A stretch of DNA of 60,636 nt, filler included, from Platydemus manokwari (taxonomy: Eukaryota): NCBI GenBank assembly GCA_037951405.1. It is 6 parts of 6 records of this genome, joined end to end, with 100 filler letters (N's around TTAATTAATTAA, not from the genome) between each part and the next. Parts side by side here need not be neighbours in the genome. Positions count along the whole stretch, not along the records: positions 30,277 to 39,934 come from JBBMOY011221209.1; positions 40,035 to 51,598 come from JBBMOY010596660.1; 4 more parts are not named here. One strand, given 5' to 3'. The notes beneath the pieces are model-generated. The model searched no databases and was not told the DNA's origin. It worked only from the letters and a program-made list of their open reading frames with translations. Positions 35,460 through 50,824 of this stretch are shown in pieces; position 1 is the stretch's first letter; each line of letters opens with the position of its first letter. The translations under genes were made by a program, and so were the position numbers.

Positions 35460-38400
35460 ATGTTGAGCATTATAATCTTTAATTTAATGTTATTATCCTA
35501 CCCTAAACCGTTGTATACTCAACAATCTCTAAATATCATCACTTATGGGAAAAATTCAAATCAAGAATTAAGTGAAGTTAAAATGTAAAATTCTAAAATG
35601 TATAATTGTGAATATTTTAATGTTAAATCGTGTCAATAATTTATATCCTATCAAAATAGCATGAGCATTATTACTTTATTTCGAAAATTTTTATATACAC
35701 TTTTATATTTTAAAAATGCAGAATTAATACAATTGTCCTAAGTTTTGAGAAAAATCGACCCCAAATGAAGCAGTGATGAAATAATCAATAAATATTTTCA
35801 TAAAAATAATCGCAATAAAATAATTAATAGAAATTTGAGGGTACTTTGGTGGGTATCTAGATTTGTTAAAACCAGGTAAATTTGGCAAATTATTTAATGA
35901 CAAACAAGTCGCGATTTTTAAGAGGAAACATAATTAAATAACAACACAAGACTATTCGATATTGAAGTTTCATAGGTACTGAATGACCTTTTTTCTTAAG
36001 TAATTTATTCTTGAATTATAGAAGCCATTTATTAACAATTCTCGTCAAAAATCGTAAGATATTTGATGATGTAATGTCGGATCTTGTAGTTAAAGTTCAT
36101 ATTTAAGTAACACATTGTATTATAACAATTTTGTTTATCATTCTTTAATTTGATCATCAATTATTAGTATAGAAGACTATCAATTTTTCAAAATTGTATT
36201 ATCTTTTTTAATAATTTTAAAGTTTAAAATACTTATTCGTATCCGTAAACAAGCTCTATTTAAAGCGTATATGCTTCGTGTGTTACATTAATTAATTTAA
36301 TGTGTTGCTTATACATTTTTTATTATTCATTATTGTTTTAATGATTAATTTTGTATATTTTTGTTTTGCATTATTGATTCCAGACTTCCATAATATATTT
36401 AACATAAATCTCAAATCCCAAAAGAACCTTAGTTGATTGTATATCGACCCATTGTCATAGAAACATAAAAATTATTTCTTAATACATTAATTTGAATTAT
36501 AATTTGGTTGATATATATAGAGTATGTGTAAAAATCTATAAAAATATCTGTCAAACTCATAGGAACAATCTCTAAATAATCGATACACACAAGCACAATT
36601 TACACGCGTGCCAGTAGTCTATAATAAGCTTTGCAGTTATCTATCTTTGATTGGATTTTCGATTGGAGGATACCAAAAATACTCAACAAACATCGAGATG
36701 AAACAACATAACGAGAAATGGAAAAAAACTATCAATAAGATAGTCTTCAAAAGGTTCTAACACATGAAAAGCAGAACTGCAATACAACAGATCTATAAAA
36801 GGAATCGACTCTTCAAGACAACTTATCATTTTTAATGATTGGCAAATTCTGTTTCTTTTGAATGTTTGAGTCCATTGAGACTGTGACATTTGTTTCTATG
36901 AGTAACTTCGATTTTGTGAAAATCGAACATCGTGTAATGATAATTTTATAGAACTTATGAGTTGTTATCTAGAGAATTTTATTATCATATTATTTAGTTT
37001 AATTTTTAAAGTTATTGTAAAAATAAAGTTTAAATTCAGTTCACTGTAATTGCAGCAATCCATGACTGAATATGCATTCAAAGAAAAGAAATACGTTGAG
37101 ACCAGAGAACCAGTGACACGAATTTATTAATATTAAATAATAAATATAAATCATCGCTTACCCAAATGCATAGCAGTTACGTTTTTAATTCATTAAAACA
37201 AAATTTATTTTTTTAATTTTAAAATTTGTTAAAACATTGATTATTATTTAACTGCGTTTTGTTATTCATTTTCTGACTTTATTAGCTATTTTCGACGAAC
37301 TCGAGATACACATTTTCCTAACACGTCCATATATTCCCAACTTTTTAATATGGTATTTGATATTTGTGAATATTCGTAGATACAGTGACAGGTTGTGGAA
37401 TACTTTGTGTAACGTTACAGAATATTAGCTGATTTATTTTACGTTGAAAAATATTGAAAATATATTTTAAAAAATTGAAATTAAAATAAAAACTTCTCAA
37501 TTTAAATATTTAAAAATAATTTGATGGAAATCAAATCAAATGATAATTTTACATTGAATTATTTTAATAATTCAGCCATGATATTTAATCGTCAGATTAT
37601 TCTAATTTATTAAATGAAGAACTTTAGCAAAACAAAAATGATTTTATGAATTTGATGTTTTATTTTTGAATTAATATTATTATTATATTATTTAGTAGTT
37701 ACTTTTAAAAATCGAGCATCGATTGTGAAACGTTCCAGGAAGTAATCTTGACAAAATGTAAAATGATGAAATAATCGACATTGCAATGTTATTCGTTCAT
37801 AAATAAAGTATTTTATTTGATCTCATAATTAAAAGATCTAACAGTTTCTCTACTTAAGAAATATTTTTAAAATTCAAATTCATGTGAATGTAGACATAAA
37901 AATGGAATTGCACAAAAAGATTATTTAATGCCTAGCCCCCGAGATACCAATATCCAGAATCAAATTAATTTGACATTTGAATAATAAATCAATAAAAAAT
38001 AAATGAAATGAATAGTTATTAAACAATTGATTTAATATAATCTTGTTATCAAACAGATTGAATTCATGATCCAAATGTAAGTTATTATCACCATGTTTTT
38101 TCAAATCATAAACATGACAGGTAAAGATAAAGTCTCACAAAAGAAATAGTTTTTTGCACCTTGGAACCCTTTTTTAAGCATTACATGTCTACACAGTCAT
38201 ACCGACATAACAATCAATCAATCGCAGAAGAGTTAAATGGAAAATTCTAATTCGAAAAATGAGATAGTAACACACCGGGATTAACTAATCTAGATCACAC
38301 AAAATCAATAAATCCAATTGAAAATTGAAAAATAAATGGTCAAATCAAAACGTTATAGACAAATTGTTCACAAATTTCAAGTATAAATGCTGATGTGAAG

Positions 38401-39934
38401 ATGCCCAAGTACCAATTAGAATTCGAGTTTTATGTTGTTTCATATTGTTTTATGGAATTTTTTGAATTTTTGAGTCTTCTGTGTACATATTGATTAGTAT
38501 GATTGAGTGAAATATAAATTGCAACCTTCAATTCTTTTGGATCACAACAAACCCAAGAGCGTAAATCCGATGTAAAGTTGCTTAGCTGAACTAAATATAT
38601 AAATCAAGTTCAACCGACAGCATTATAAGCAGAGATAAAATTAACACATTAAGAATCTTACTTTGATCTTGTAGTTATTTATTTATTCCAATGTCTTAAT
38701 GTTAAACATTTATCGAACAATGCATTTCATTTATTGTATAATTTATGACATTTCTGAAAAAAGAATTTCGGTATTGATGGAATTTGATGATAGTTTATTA
38801 GCTGTGAGGATATGTTTATGGTTGGACTGATATCTGACTCATCGCAGTGCCGAAGCTTAGGTTGTGTATATAAATTCTAGTTATATGGATATAATGAAGT
38901 GATCGAAGATATGCAATGCTTGCTTGATCAATTAATTACTCAGGGTTTTAACTTTTACTGATTTTAAAATTGTGGCGTTGACATGCTCTGAAGACAATAA
39001 AAAATAGTGTTGGGAACTACTTCCATCCAATTATGGTGAAAAAAGAGATTAGCGAAGATAGGTTGACTTATTTTTAAATAATTTTTCGTTGACTCTTTTA
39101 TCACCAGAGTCGAGTTGAATTAGTTCCAAACACTGGATTTTTCAAATTTTCCGAGTATTATACAGGGCAACATACAAAATTATCACAACACATTGTATTG
39201 TATTAATACTAATTTTATTTTTATTCTCAATTTAATTTACGAATAAAATTTATTAGTTTTCGGTTATTGTTACCTATACATTAAATTTAAATAAAACACA
39301 CAATCTTCACTTCGACATTCCTAAGAGTTGAATATTAGTGAAATTCTGCATCCATATATTGATCCTAATATCAAATAAATTATAGTCATCGTCAAATTTC
39401 ATCAATATACTCCTAAATTTTGACTTATCGTCATCATGGAAAACTGATTGGTTCAATTGAGATTGATAAAATAAAATATTAAATTAAAATGTAACGTATA
39501 AAAATACACAATTACACAAGGTTGAAGTATAAATGACCATGCAAAGATGGCATGTCGCTAGTTGTAAGTCAATCAATATTGTTTTTTGTCGAAGCCTGTT
39601 GTTTATGGTTATTTATGTGGTTCATTCCTTTTGAATTAACATTATAAACATGCTCTTTATAAAAATTAAGTTATTAAATTATTAAGTTTTTTTTATTAAG
39701 TTATTAAGTTAAACTAAATAAGAAAAAAAATTTATTATCAAAAATTAAAATTTGGTTCATAAATCATATATGCCTATAATTATTTAAAAATAGTGGTTAA
39801 TTTTTTCAAATATCACACAATATAAATTGTTATATATTAGAAATCTATTTTTTCAAAATTAAAATAAATTCAAAGATTAATTTATAAAATATCACCTAAT
39901 GTGAAACACAATCATTTACAATAAATTTAATTTA

Positions 39935-40034
39935 NNNNNNNNNNNNNNNNNNNNNNNNNNNNNNNNNNNNNNNNNNNNTTAATTAATTAANNNNNNNNNN
40001 NNNNNNNNNNNNNNNNNNNNNNNNNNNNNNNNNN
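39935..40034. other. Artificial scaffold spacer N44-TTAATTAATTAA-N44
   Basis: Same 100-nt structure. Confidence 0.97.
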
Positions 40035-40105
40035 AATATAGGAGATTAATAAGAAATTTACTAACAGTAAAGGGAGCTAAGATCTATTAATAATGATAGA
40101 TGGAC

Positions 40106-40130
40106 TAATAACAACAACAACAACAACAAC

Positions 40131-40163
<33 letters not shown>
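40106..40163. repeat. Compound (AAC)n(AAT)n microsatellite
   Basis: Direct reading. Confidence 0.95.
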
Positions 40164-40164
<1 letters not shown>

Positions 40165-40520
40165 GCATCACGAAAATTTATTAAATTATTTCAGTACTAT
40201 ATTTCAAAGAGTATGGAAAATATTGAATTTTGCCCCATCATAGAAAGGATTTAAATAATTTCCCCATGGTAAATAATATTTCATGGGAAGTTAATTTACC
40301 CCACAGCAAAATAAAATTTTGTTTCCCAAGGGAAAATCGATTTTTTGACAGTTATCTCATGATCATTGATAAAATCATACAACTGTATGCGATATGTTGC
40401 AAGATTCAAAAACCATTAATTCCGACGATAAATTAAGAAAACAAAAATTGTGAAATTCTTTTGAAATTTTTTTGATAAAATGCTATATATATAATTTTTT
40501 GTTTAATATGTATCCTTCAG

Positions 40521-43486
40521 ATATGAGGAATTTCAATTGGAATAAGGGTATTCAAGTTTCCGCGCAGTTGGAAAAATTTGAGAATTGGCTCACCGATGAA
40601 GGTGTTATTCATATCTTTGAGGCTGATGGATTTCTTCGAGACTTTTCCAGGCTAATTTCCACAAGAGCTGTCATGCTTAAACAAGTACGAGTATTTTTTG
40701 TTAAAATCGACTTACTTTGGTTATTTATTCATTGAGAATTTTTAAGGAATGGATAAATGGATCCACTTATTTATGAAAGTGGTTCTATTCCATTGAATTT
40801 TGAAACTGACACATTGAACGGTTTGCGTTTAAATTAATTCAAAAATATTGGTAACTGATAACATTGTTGTTTCGAAAAGTGTATTATTATTGATTGGCAT
40901 GCCAACTCAATTAAAATAATAAACCCGGCAAAGCAATAATATGAATGAATTGATGTTACTTTCAATATTAATGAAATCATTTTCGAATGAGTAAAAGTAA
41001 ATTTCCTTTGAAATAAAGAAAGGTTTTTCTTTGAAAGGTGAGTAAGATTGTAAGTGAAGAGTCGAGTTATCGTTGTCTGAGCTTATCAAATTTAATAATA
41101 AACTTTTTTTACCGTCTAGTGTGCTGCATAACCAATCAATTTTATTAGTCATCTCACTTATATATTACTTATAATTTTCTTCAAGATGAAATGATAACAT
41201 AGAAATGTAGATATTAAAGCAGCTAGATTGATTTGACTGGAAAATGGAAAAATTAGACCATTCCGAATTTTGCAATATATTTTTTATCACAAAAATATGT
41301 TCTGCGATATCACAAAAATGCATGGATTTATTATCAGGACGCTCAAAATATTAAACAACACAATTCGTTAATATTGTCCTTGAATATATTATCGATTAAT
41401 TAAGAGTCTACAGCCGTACAGACTACATGACAAAGTCGATTCAGCTTATTATTATGAAAATATTGATAGGGTGTCGTGCCCACAATATAAGTGTCTATTT
41501 ATTATGACGAAAAATTAAAATTAACTATTTTCTATTTTATTATTCGAAAAATAGTGTAATAATTTAACTAATTAAAATTTAGATGAACTGGAAAATGATA
41601 AGACAAAACTTCAGCAAAATTCCGCTAAGTGTTTTGAGTCAATTTCTGTCCGGTCTTGCATCAGATCATGTTAGTATTCTTTCAATTTGGCAGCCAACGG
41701 CGAGTGAAATCAGTGAGGCGAACAAAGATGGTATTTACAATTTTATGAATTTTTCAAAATATAAATCAATTTTAACAGTCAAATTCTTGATTGTTTTCAT
41801 TAAAACCATGATTCAACAATACTGTTCGAATATGTCATGATTTGCTTCCACGACGCAATTCTCACATCTTTTTTAAAAGCAGCGAGAGTGTAAAGTTTTT
41901 ATTTTGAAACACGACATTCATTGTGATGTAACAAATGTTGGCTGTGTAAAATATTTATTGACGTGATGATATAAAAATGATCTGTTAGTAATTATCCGTT
42001 CCGATTATTCATCATGATGATCATTTTAGAGTTTTATAATATTTTATTCACAGAACACTATCGAATAGTGTGATTCATCCAATGAAATAAAAAGGAATTT
42101 TCAGTCCATTTTTGTTTATCTAGATATTAATCCTTTACTATTAAAACACCATCAAAAATATATTAAAAAATTCTATTTCAATGGTGGTGAATAATAGACT
42201 CATTTATGAAAATATTTATGTTCATTATTATTATTTTGCATCAAAGCTGGAAATTATATTTGATTTATAATTTTATTAACAGTTGTGGAAGTCTTATCAC
42301 AATATTTGCGATCCGCAGAAACATATACACTATTCCAACCGGGCATTATCTTACAGACCGATTGTATTCCTATTGATAAACTCATCAATTCCATGGATTT
42401 TATCGCACTCTGTACTGTTCTCGATACGGAATTAATAGGTTGGTTGTTTTTTAAAATTCCAGATCGATCGAATTTGATGTCCTGTCTCTAGCTATGGGAG
42501 AAACATTTCAATGGATGTCTTTACCGAAACCACAAAGCCTTGTCAATTTTAAAAATCATAAATGGGTAGCATTGCGTGAATCAATTGGTTCGGAGGAAAT
42601 TAAAAATGATTTGTTCACCCCTAAAGGAATCAAAAATATCTCCGCCCCACCAAATAGAATACAGAAGGTATGCAGCTTCATAAATAATTGATTTCATCAG
42701 TGTTATTTACTACAATATGAATGATAATTTAGTAGAATTATTCATGACAATTATTGATTTCAATTCAGAAACTATCTGGGAGAAAATTTCAGACCGATAG
42801 TGACTATTCATCGCTCTCGAATAAAGGTGGTGTTCAAGCTCCTAGTAAAAATCTGGTTGCACGATACCTTCAATTGAAGAGCAATTTAAGCGGATACTCG
42901 AAATCAATGGTTTCTCTCAACGAACCTGAATCGGTCCCAGCAGTTCCTCGGCGAAAGAAAACGAAAGGATCTTTTACCAATCTATCCAAATCTGATCATA
43001 ACGCAGAAAGAAATTTTCTTTTATCTCCAAGCAGTTCTAAATCTCGAGGAAGTGTGGATCATAGAAGCTGTTTCGGTAGAATAGGTCGATCGGATTCAAT
43101 GACCAGTGATGTTTCACCGCAAGTTGTAAATGGTGTCGATACTGACAACAGTTCAGTGATCAATGATGTTGACCAAAGCATTGAAGAAATGGAAAGAGAA
43201 ATACAAAATCCAGATTCCGTTAACAGATTTAGCAGGTTTCATGCTAATAAATCATCACTGTCACCGTCAACGGAAAATGGATTTGAAGATGATGACGATG
43301 AAATGTCAATTGGACTATCCGCTGCAGAATTGACAAAGCGAATAACTGCACACAGTAAAAGTTCCGATGCACTTTTGGATATTGATGACAGAAAACAAGT
43401 GGAAATTCTATTGACGAAATCTACTGACGAAAGTTACGGAATTACATTAGCAGATGGAACAGTTAGTGGTTTATTCATGTTTATAA

Positions 43487-43526
<40 letters not shown>

Positions 43527-46500
43527 TATCATGCTATGAATACTGATTATCTAAAAATCGATATTTATTTTCTCTTTTAATCTTAATATCTGGGTATACA
43601 TCGGGATAATTATTTAGTAAATTTTATAATAATTTTTTCATTATCAGCGAATTATTTCTTTCAATTTATATTACCGTTTCTGGTACCCCCTGAATAGAAT
43701 TCAATTACAAAATAGACGTCCTAGCAAAGGCGCACTCAAATGAATGTTTATCCAAAATATTAACCATTAATAAAAGACTTTACAACTTTATTTATAATGC
43801 TTGTTAATATTTTAATATCTCCTTAAATGGGAAAATATTTACTGTGAGATGTGATTGCCTTGGTAACAATTGATAGGATAACAAAACATAATTAATTTAT
43901 GGCACATTTAAAACACGGATGAATTATTGAAGCATATTGTTAAGGATATGATAATGCATTGAAAGTGGTCTTCACAGTCCGGTGTTAACTGATGGTGAAC
44001 TAGGTCCTTATTACGAAACCATTATATCGATTAAATAGCTGTTGGGGTTGTAAATGATTTGATTATTAAGCCATCAAAAATCTAACACAAGCTAAATATT
44101 CGTTGTTTTTTGAAAAATGAATATGTACAATCGTCACAAAGGTCAAGAAAAAGGCATGAAAATAATGACAGAATAAATATGGAAATAAAAATAGTTGTAG
44201 AATTAAAAGGTAGAAAAAATAGGAAAATAAAATATCAAATAAGAAAAAAGCAGCTATTATTTTTGGTAAGAAAAGGTGAAATAATTAACCGAAAAAAATT
44301 GGATTTCATCTATTCAAAACAAATAAATAGTGGTTTGAATAATAAAATAGAAACTGATATTTAAACAAGTATGTGTGTAATGAAATCTATAAATAGCTCT
44401 CGAAAGATTTTGATAAGTTTTCTAGAAATATATTTGATATTATCCAATCAAAATACTCCGTTGTTATTGTTGTGAATAAAGTCCTATTATTAAAACTGAA
44501 TAAAATGATGAAAATAGAATTATAATAAATGATAATGTGACATGATTCCAACGGATTGTAAACAAAATCATCTTTAATGTGACCGTGTTCGCTCATTAAG
44601 TGATATTTTCTTCATATCGATGAGGTAGACAAAATGGTTTGATGACGTCGGCAGCATGAATATTTTTAGACTGATTGGTCGTAGACTTGGTGTATAAGTC
44701 GACTGGTTTATGGTTTCACAGTTGAATAACTTATTAATTTGTAGAAATAAAATATTTGAATATATTAATTTGAACTTAATGATTATCGATTCTATATGGA
44801 TGTTTATTCGAATTGTTTCAACTTATTATTATGAATTCATAACAAGATTATTGCTATCATTATTATTGTATCAACCAATAGTTCTAGATTTTCTTAAGTT
44901 TGAAATTGTGTCTAGAGTTTCGTATTATCAAATATAATAATTACTATAACTGATATTATGTCGTGTGTGTGGGTGTGTTTTAATCTTAAAAATGTATTCT
45001 TTGATTTGATTCATGTTCATGGTTCTGATTTTAGTTTTAATCTCAGTGAACACTACACGAAAAAATGTTTGATCGTATTGAATGAAATCTTTAACAATGT
45101 CTTTAAAACGTGTGTTATTAAACAATACAAGAATTATGATAATAAAATATGATTCCAATAATATATTAAATCTATAAATTTGTAGTGCCAAATATTGAAG
45201 TGAAAAATTACAGACACACGCATTTGAATCTTAAATGTTTCTTGCAATTTTATTCGAGTCAAATAAGTACACCGTAAAACATTCATCAAAAAATAACTTA
45301 TCAACAGCAACTCACTGCATGTAGCATCATTATGTTATCGGTTATTCAATTATTTAACGTAACAATAGACGTGTGTGTACGGGTTTATTCGTGTTAAATT
45401 AATAGGTGAAACCAAAGGTATTGACTCTAATAACGGGATATGTCTATTACCTAACTAAGATTTTCTCGGAATATTTCTGTATCTGGAATATTTACATTTT
45501 TGTCGTAATCCATGTTTGTCATTTAGTCATGAAGAGGTTGAAACTGTTCATGGATTGATAAAAATTGAATGTTATAGCAGACCCAATATTATAACGTACT
45601 TACATTACACCACATTTACATATTCATATTGATTCTCACACTTAATTTTTGTATGAAATTTAAGTGGTCTGATAGTTTATCTCATTCCAAATGATTACGC
45701 AATAAATGTTAGCTTTATTACAAGTGTTTAAAACTAATCAGTTCTAGTTGATCTGTATTTGAATTTTCATTAATATTGAGCCTTACATAACCTTTAATCG
45801 AAATGAAAGAGAAAATTAAAATAAAATCTAAACTTCTTGACCAAAGTCATTGTTCCACACACGTTTCTCAAGATAATCATCAATTTTTTATCATTGAGGA
45901 CTTTTTTTTTCTTATATTTCTAATATTTGAAATAATTCTTCATGCTGCCGATAGAAATAATTTGAAACGTCTGTTGAATATTGTTTACATATAATTTTTG
46001 CGCTTTTGTCTGAGATATGAATTCATTTAACAAGAAAGAAGGACGTTTTGTCAGCTAAATCAATACGCGTGGGACAATATTTCATTCTGTGATTTAATAT
46101 TTATTCGAGATGGATGAAAACGAGACCAGCTATCGGATAAAACTTTCTCACCAAACTAATACAGCGCACTAAATCAATATTTGTTCGAATACACCAGTCA
46201 CTATATCACCCTAGGAAAAACAAATTGATTAAAGTGTGTAGAACCGAATGAATTTTTTTCATTGTATCGGAGATTGGTTTAAATTTTTAAAGTTTAAGAA
46301 AATCAACTTGTAACCTTAGCTCGAATAAAGCACAATTTTAGAGCAATAAATTCCGATGACTCATAATAATAGATTTGTTACCATGTGCAAAGTAGGCCAT
46401 GTGTTTGTGAGTGAGTAATAAGATATCCAATGTTCTCAATTTGTATTTGATCATTAAAACTTGTATGTGTGCGTATTTGCGTGCGACCTTATTAATCAAT

Positions 46501-49408
46501 ATAAATTAATAAGTCTTTGTTCTGAAATTACTTTTACTGGTGAATTTCATTTGTCAACGCACGAGAATTGGTTTAAACTTGAAATTCATTGGTAGCATTA
46601 ATTTAACGATCCAAAAAACGTCCATATTAACAGATTTACAAGAACTCAATCTTGACAGTTACATCATCGTTTGGTATTGAGCAATTAATGAAATTGATCT
46701 TTTAAACCTGAACATTGCCGCCTTTAAAAATTACCAAGCAAATCATAGATTCACACCAATTCTTAATTTTTTTTATCAACCTATTATCAATCAAAGAATA
46801 AATTCAAAGAGAAAAAATAACAGGTTTTTCAAGATTAAAGTGCAAATTATAATGAGATAATCAAATAATCATTTCAATACTGTTGAAAGCCACAGAGAAA
46901 CGTCTTATTTAATATTTCAAATGTCATCATTTATAAAACCTTTTCCGACAATCACTTGTCTCCATAGAATTTGAAATATGGGCTGGATCTAACTAAGTTC
47001 CAGAAGACTCAAATTCAAATTTAAGTTTCTTAACAATGCATTTTCGTTTCAATAAATGTCATTAACAGTGTCTGAAGATTTCATTATAGAAACATTCGTA
47101 CCTATTTTATTAAAATCCATTATCTCTTAATTTATGACAAAGCGTTTAATAAGTACAACATGTAAGAGAAAAGTAGCTTATGGGTTATTTTGAAGATTAG
47201 TCACTTCCAATTTGTTTCTAACTGTCTATATTTGGTCAATACTAAATAGTTTATTTAACAATTTTCCACAAAAAATTTATATTATTTTTATAAAATTTTC
47301 CGTTACTGATATTTGAAAGTAGATAATAATTGATGTTTAAAGATACCAAATTGGGTTATGTTGTTCTTTATGAAGATATCGATAAAAACAATCGATTTAA
47401 GGGTGGATATGTTTTCCTTTGCTGGAATTATTTAAAGTTTGACTAATTAGGGTAATATTGTATTATTATGCAATAATGACATCATTTTATTTGGTTCTAT
47501 AAATATAAAAATCTTTTTTAAACAATCTTTCCGATATGTGATTGGTAAAAATAAATGAAATCGTAATTGTAAAAATCAACATTGTAAAAGAAATTAATTT
47601 AAGAAAATATGATTGATTTATTGATAATCTTAATAAGTGAAGATGTTAACACGGATGGAAAAAGAATCAGATTTACTTTTTATATTGAATGGAAAGATGA
47701 AATACGAGATTTAATTTTTTCTGAAAATAATTGATATTGGTATATAAGATTGATAAACAAATCTAGATTTTACTAATTGAATGATGATGCTTGTGATGTT
47801 CCACACAAAAATTATAACCGGAATAAACCATTGCATAAAGATTAAATCGATTTCTTAATGAAAACAATAAATCCAATATGCTACCAATCAACATATCGGC
47901 ACAATCATAATAAATTATTATTTCTCTGCCAAGACTAACAATTTAACATTATGTAAAAATAATATTGAAATTTTGAGCTAAAGTTAAGAAAAGGATTCTT
48001 AAAATAAAAATTTTAATTTATTGAGTGCATTGCAAAAATTTATATGGTTTATTTAATTATATTCTTCAAAAACATTTCGAATTTTTTTATTTAAGTACTT
48101 AAGAAGAATTTTAGTTGTTTATAATCAAATATTAAATACACAAGAGTTTTGAAATTAATAATTTGAAAAACGGGTCAAAGTAGATCGAATTGCAATTTAT
48201 TGAAAATTAGTGAAGGTCACAATTTTGAACATTAGAAGCAAATTGAGAGATACTATCAATATTTACAATTATTTTATAAAAATAAGCAATGATATTATTA
48301 AACATTTGTGTAATCAACTAACTCGATTTATAATTATAAAAATTTTAAAAACTAAAATGATCATATAGATCTGTTGGGACTAGAATACGAACTTGGTTTG
48401 AAAATATGTTTTGTCCCTATTCGGTATTCTAAAAAGTGAGATATTAATTGAAATATATGAATAAATCAAACATTGCAATTATATATAAATTTAAGTGATA
48501 AAATTATATGATGCGCGCAAATTAATTATTATGAAAGTAGGTCAAACGACCCTTTTACTTAAATTAAGCCAATTTTTGATTAAGTTATTTTTAAATTTGA
48601 ACTTTTCGTTGTGTTTGTTTAAATAAACTAGTGAATATTTAATATTTGCCATTATATATTCTTTTCGTTTTTTCTTCATTCAATTCGCGTAATTCTTGGT
48701 AAATATTTAAGAGATAAACATAAATAGTATGAATAATATTTAATTCATTTATTGAACAAATATAGCAACTCGTAAAAGTTAAGCGGGATATTGTTTTGTA
48801 ATTTATATAATTGATTTTGAGATCGATACAAAAATTTTATGGAATATTTGGAATATTATTCTTTAATATAATTTATTTTAATTTAATATAAGTATTGGAT
48901 TATTATTTCTTCAATGGTAAATATGTGTATAATAAGTGTTATTCGTTGTAAAAATAATTTTCATTTTAATTATATTCTTTTGAGTTTAAAAATCCTTTTG
49001 ATTTTCAGTACAAATGATTCTTTTGATTATCATAAATTATTTATCATTTGGTTAAGAACGAAAATGAAACAATTGTTTTAATTTGATTTATCATTTAATT
49101 TCCCATATTTTCCCCAGCAAACCAATCTGAAAGTGGAAGGAATATTCATTTACAAAATCAGCAGACATTCACCGGCCTATAAAAACGGGAAAATGAAACC
49201 CGGTGACAAGATTCTCGCTATTAACAATTATACCGTTAATGAACTCAGTTTTCAAGAGTAAGAACATTGTGGAACTGTTTTTGTTTAATCAGATCGATTT
49301 TATATTAGATGTTTAATGTTGATAACAAGATCAGTAACGTCAGTGAAATTGTTGATTGAAAAATCCGATCTGAGAACGACTCTCGGCATAATGTCAATAT
49401 ATCAATGA
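40521..49408 (+). CDS. RADIL: Ras-associating and dilute domain-containing protein, 3' part (Dilute domain, Ser-rich linker, C-terminal PDZ); 5' exons absent
   Basis: Exons 40521-40684, 41583-41730, 42283-42438, 42492-42667, 42769-43461, 49118-49257, 49309-49408 are phase-consistent. FNWNKGIQVSAQLEKFENW...LISTRAVMLKQMNWKMIRQNF = RADIL-type Dilute domain; YGITLADGT|QTNLKVEGIFIYKISRHSPAYKNGKMKPGDKILAIN...VKLLIEKSDLRT = RADIL-type terminal PDZ. Confidence 0.88.
43488..43523. repeat. (TTA)n microsatellite at the start of the long RADIL intron
   Basis: Direct reading; explains the spurious poly-Tyr tail of ORF 42754-43524. Confidence 0.95.
47971..48328 (-). repeat. Dispersed AT-rich repeat, copy 2 (in the RADIL intron)
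   Basis: Reverse complement is collinear with 14637-14998. Confidence 0.85.
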
Positions 49409-50715
49409 TGAAACACATCCTGTATATTATTGATGACCTCCCACGAAACAGCTGTTACTTTACCAGTACTTAACTGCAGATATAAATAGTTGTGTATATA
49501 AGAATCAATTTGAGACATCTATCGAGTCCAGCATATATATAAAATGTTAGTCAATAACCACAATTAAACCAAATTACGACCATGATCTTATACGAAGCAA
49601 GCTTTATTCATATGAGGAGTTATTTTGTTTTTACTATTGAAATTTATTCCCATTTTTTGTCTAAGTTTTTTGTCTAATCGAAGGTAGCGGAGCATTGTTA
49701 AATGGATTTGAATACGATTGTCATGAAATGATTGATTGAAATACGTTCTGTGTACCTCCTTTTTTATTGATTATTATTATTGTTTTTTTTTTCGATGGAT
49801 TTGCCGATTTAATATTCAATTCTGAAAATTATCGACTGTGAAATACACATATCATTGTTTTTTCCCGAATAAGAGAATATTTGATTATTTAGATTTTCGA
49901 TGATTTATCTATTTGTTTATTGTTTTTCGTCAAATGAATTCATGAAAATGTTATTTGCACTTTTACCGACACGTTGTTTATTCTTTGACTTTTGGTAGAT
50001 GATAAACAGAGATTCTGCAATTAGCACATATGAGCAATTCATGATATGATGTGATGATAACATTATGAAAGTCTATTTTGAGTGAATCAATGCCGAATTT
50101 TGGATTCAAAGCATCTAAATAAATTTAAGCTTAAAGTGGTATTGCTAAGAAAAATTATATTGATAATTATATATCTATATATATGCGATAAGGATGGGCA
50201 AGACTTTAGGTTTTACAATATTTAGTGTTATGCATTCGCTTCAAGATTAAAAGTAATAGTTAAATCATCGGTTTATCATTACCATATTATTATAATAATT
50301 TTTGTAATAATTATTAAATAATTAAAGAAACAAACGTATGTTGCTGGTATGTAATGTACTAAGTGATTTTAAACTAATTACAGAAAGCTGTAAACACAAT
50401 AATTCGTACCCGTTATCTACAGATATGGTTTAGCGATTGAACTATAACGCATTTTCGTTGTTCAACTATTATTATCATAAATTTGTAAGCCGTTTCGACA
50501 AAACTTCAAGATGTCAGATAATGCTTTATATTTTATTGAGTTTCAAGGTTGTGATGAAAATCTCAAAAACTATTATTCATTAAAAATTTGCATTTATTGT
50601 ATTGGCTGTAGAAGTCATATGTGGACGTTCAATGATGGACATATTTAATATCTCTTCTTGTAATTAGTTTCAATTATAATGCATAATATACCAACTAAAT
50701 TGCAAAGAAATATAT

Positions 50716-50824
50716 ATGTGTGTGTTGTTGCGTGTTCCTTCTAATTATCGTTTTCCATTTAACCCAGCTGTAATTGGTTGATTGCCATGCCTCTATAGGT
50801 GTGTAGGCATACGAATGTTTAAAG
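50716..50824 (+). repeat. Dispersed repeat fragment homologous to the interior (26119-26233) of the long-TIR element
   Basis: atgtgtgtg...tgttcctt...aattat...attggttgatt...atgcct.tat...tgtgtagg...aatgtttaaag is shared in the same order in both places. Confidence 0.75.

Noticed and set aside
36660-36860. Possible piggyBac transposase C-terminal relic (QYNRSIKGIDSSRQL, cf. YN..MGGVD..DQ)
   Set aside because: Single weak motif amid stops; cannot be distinguished from chance by eye.
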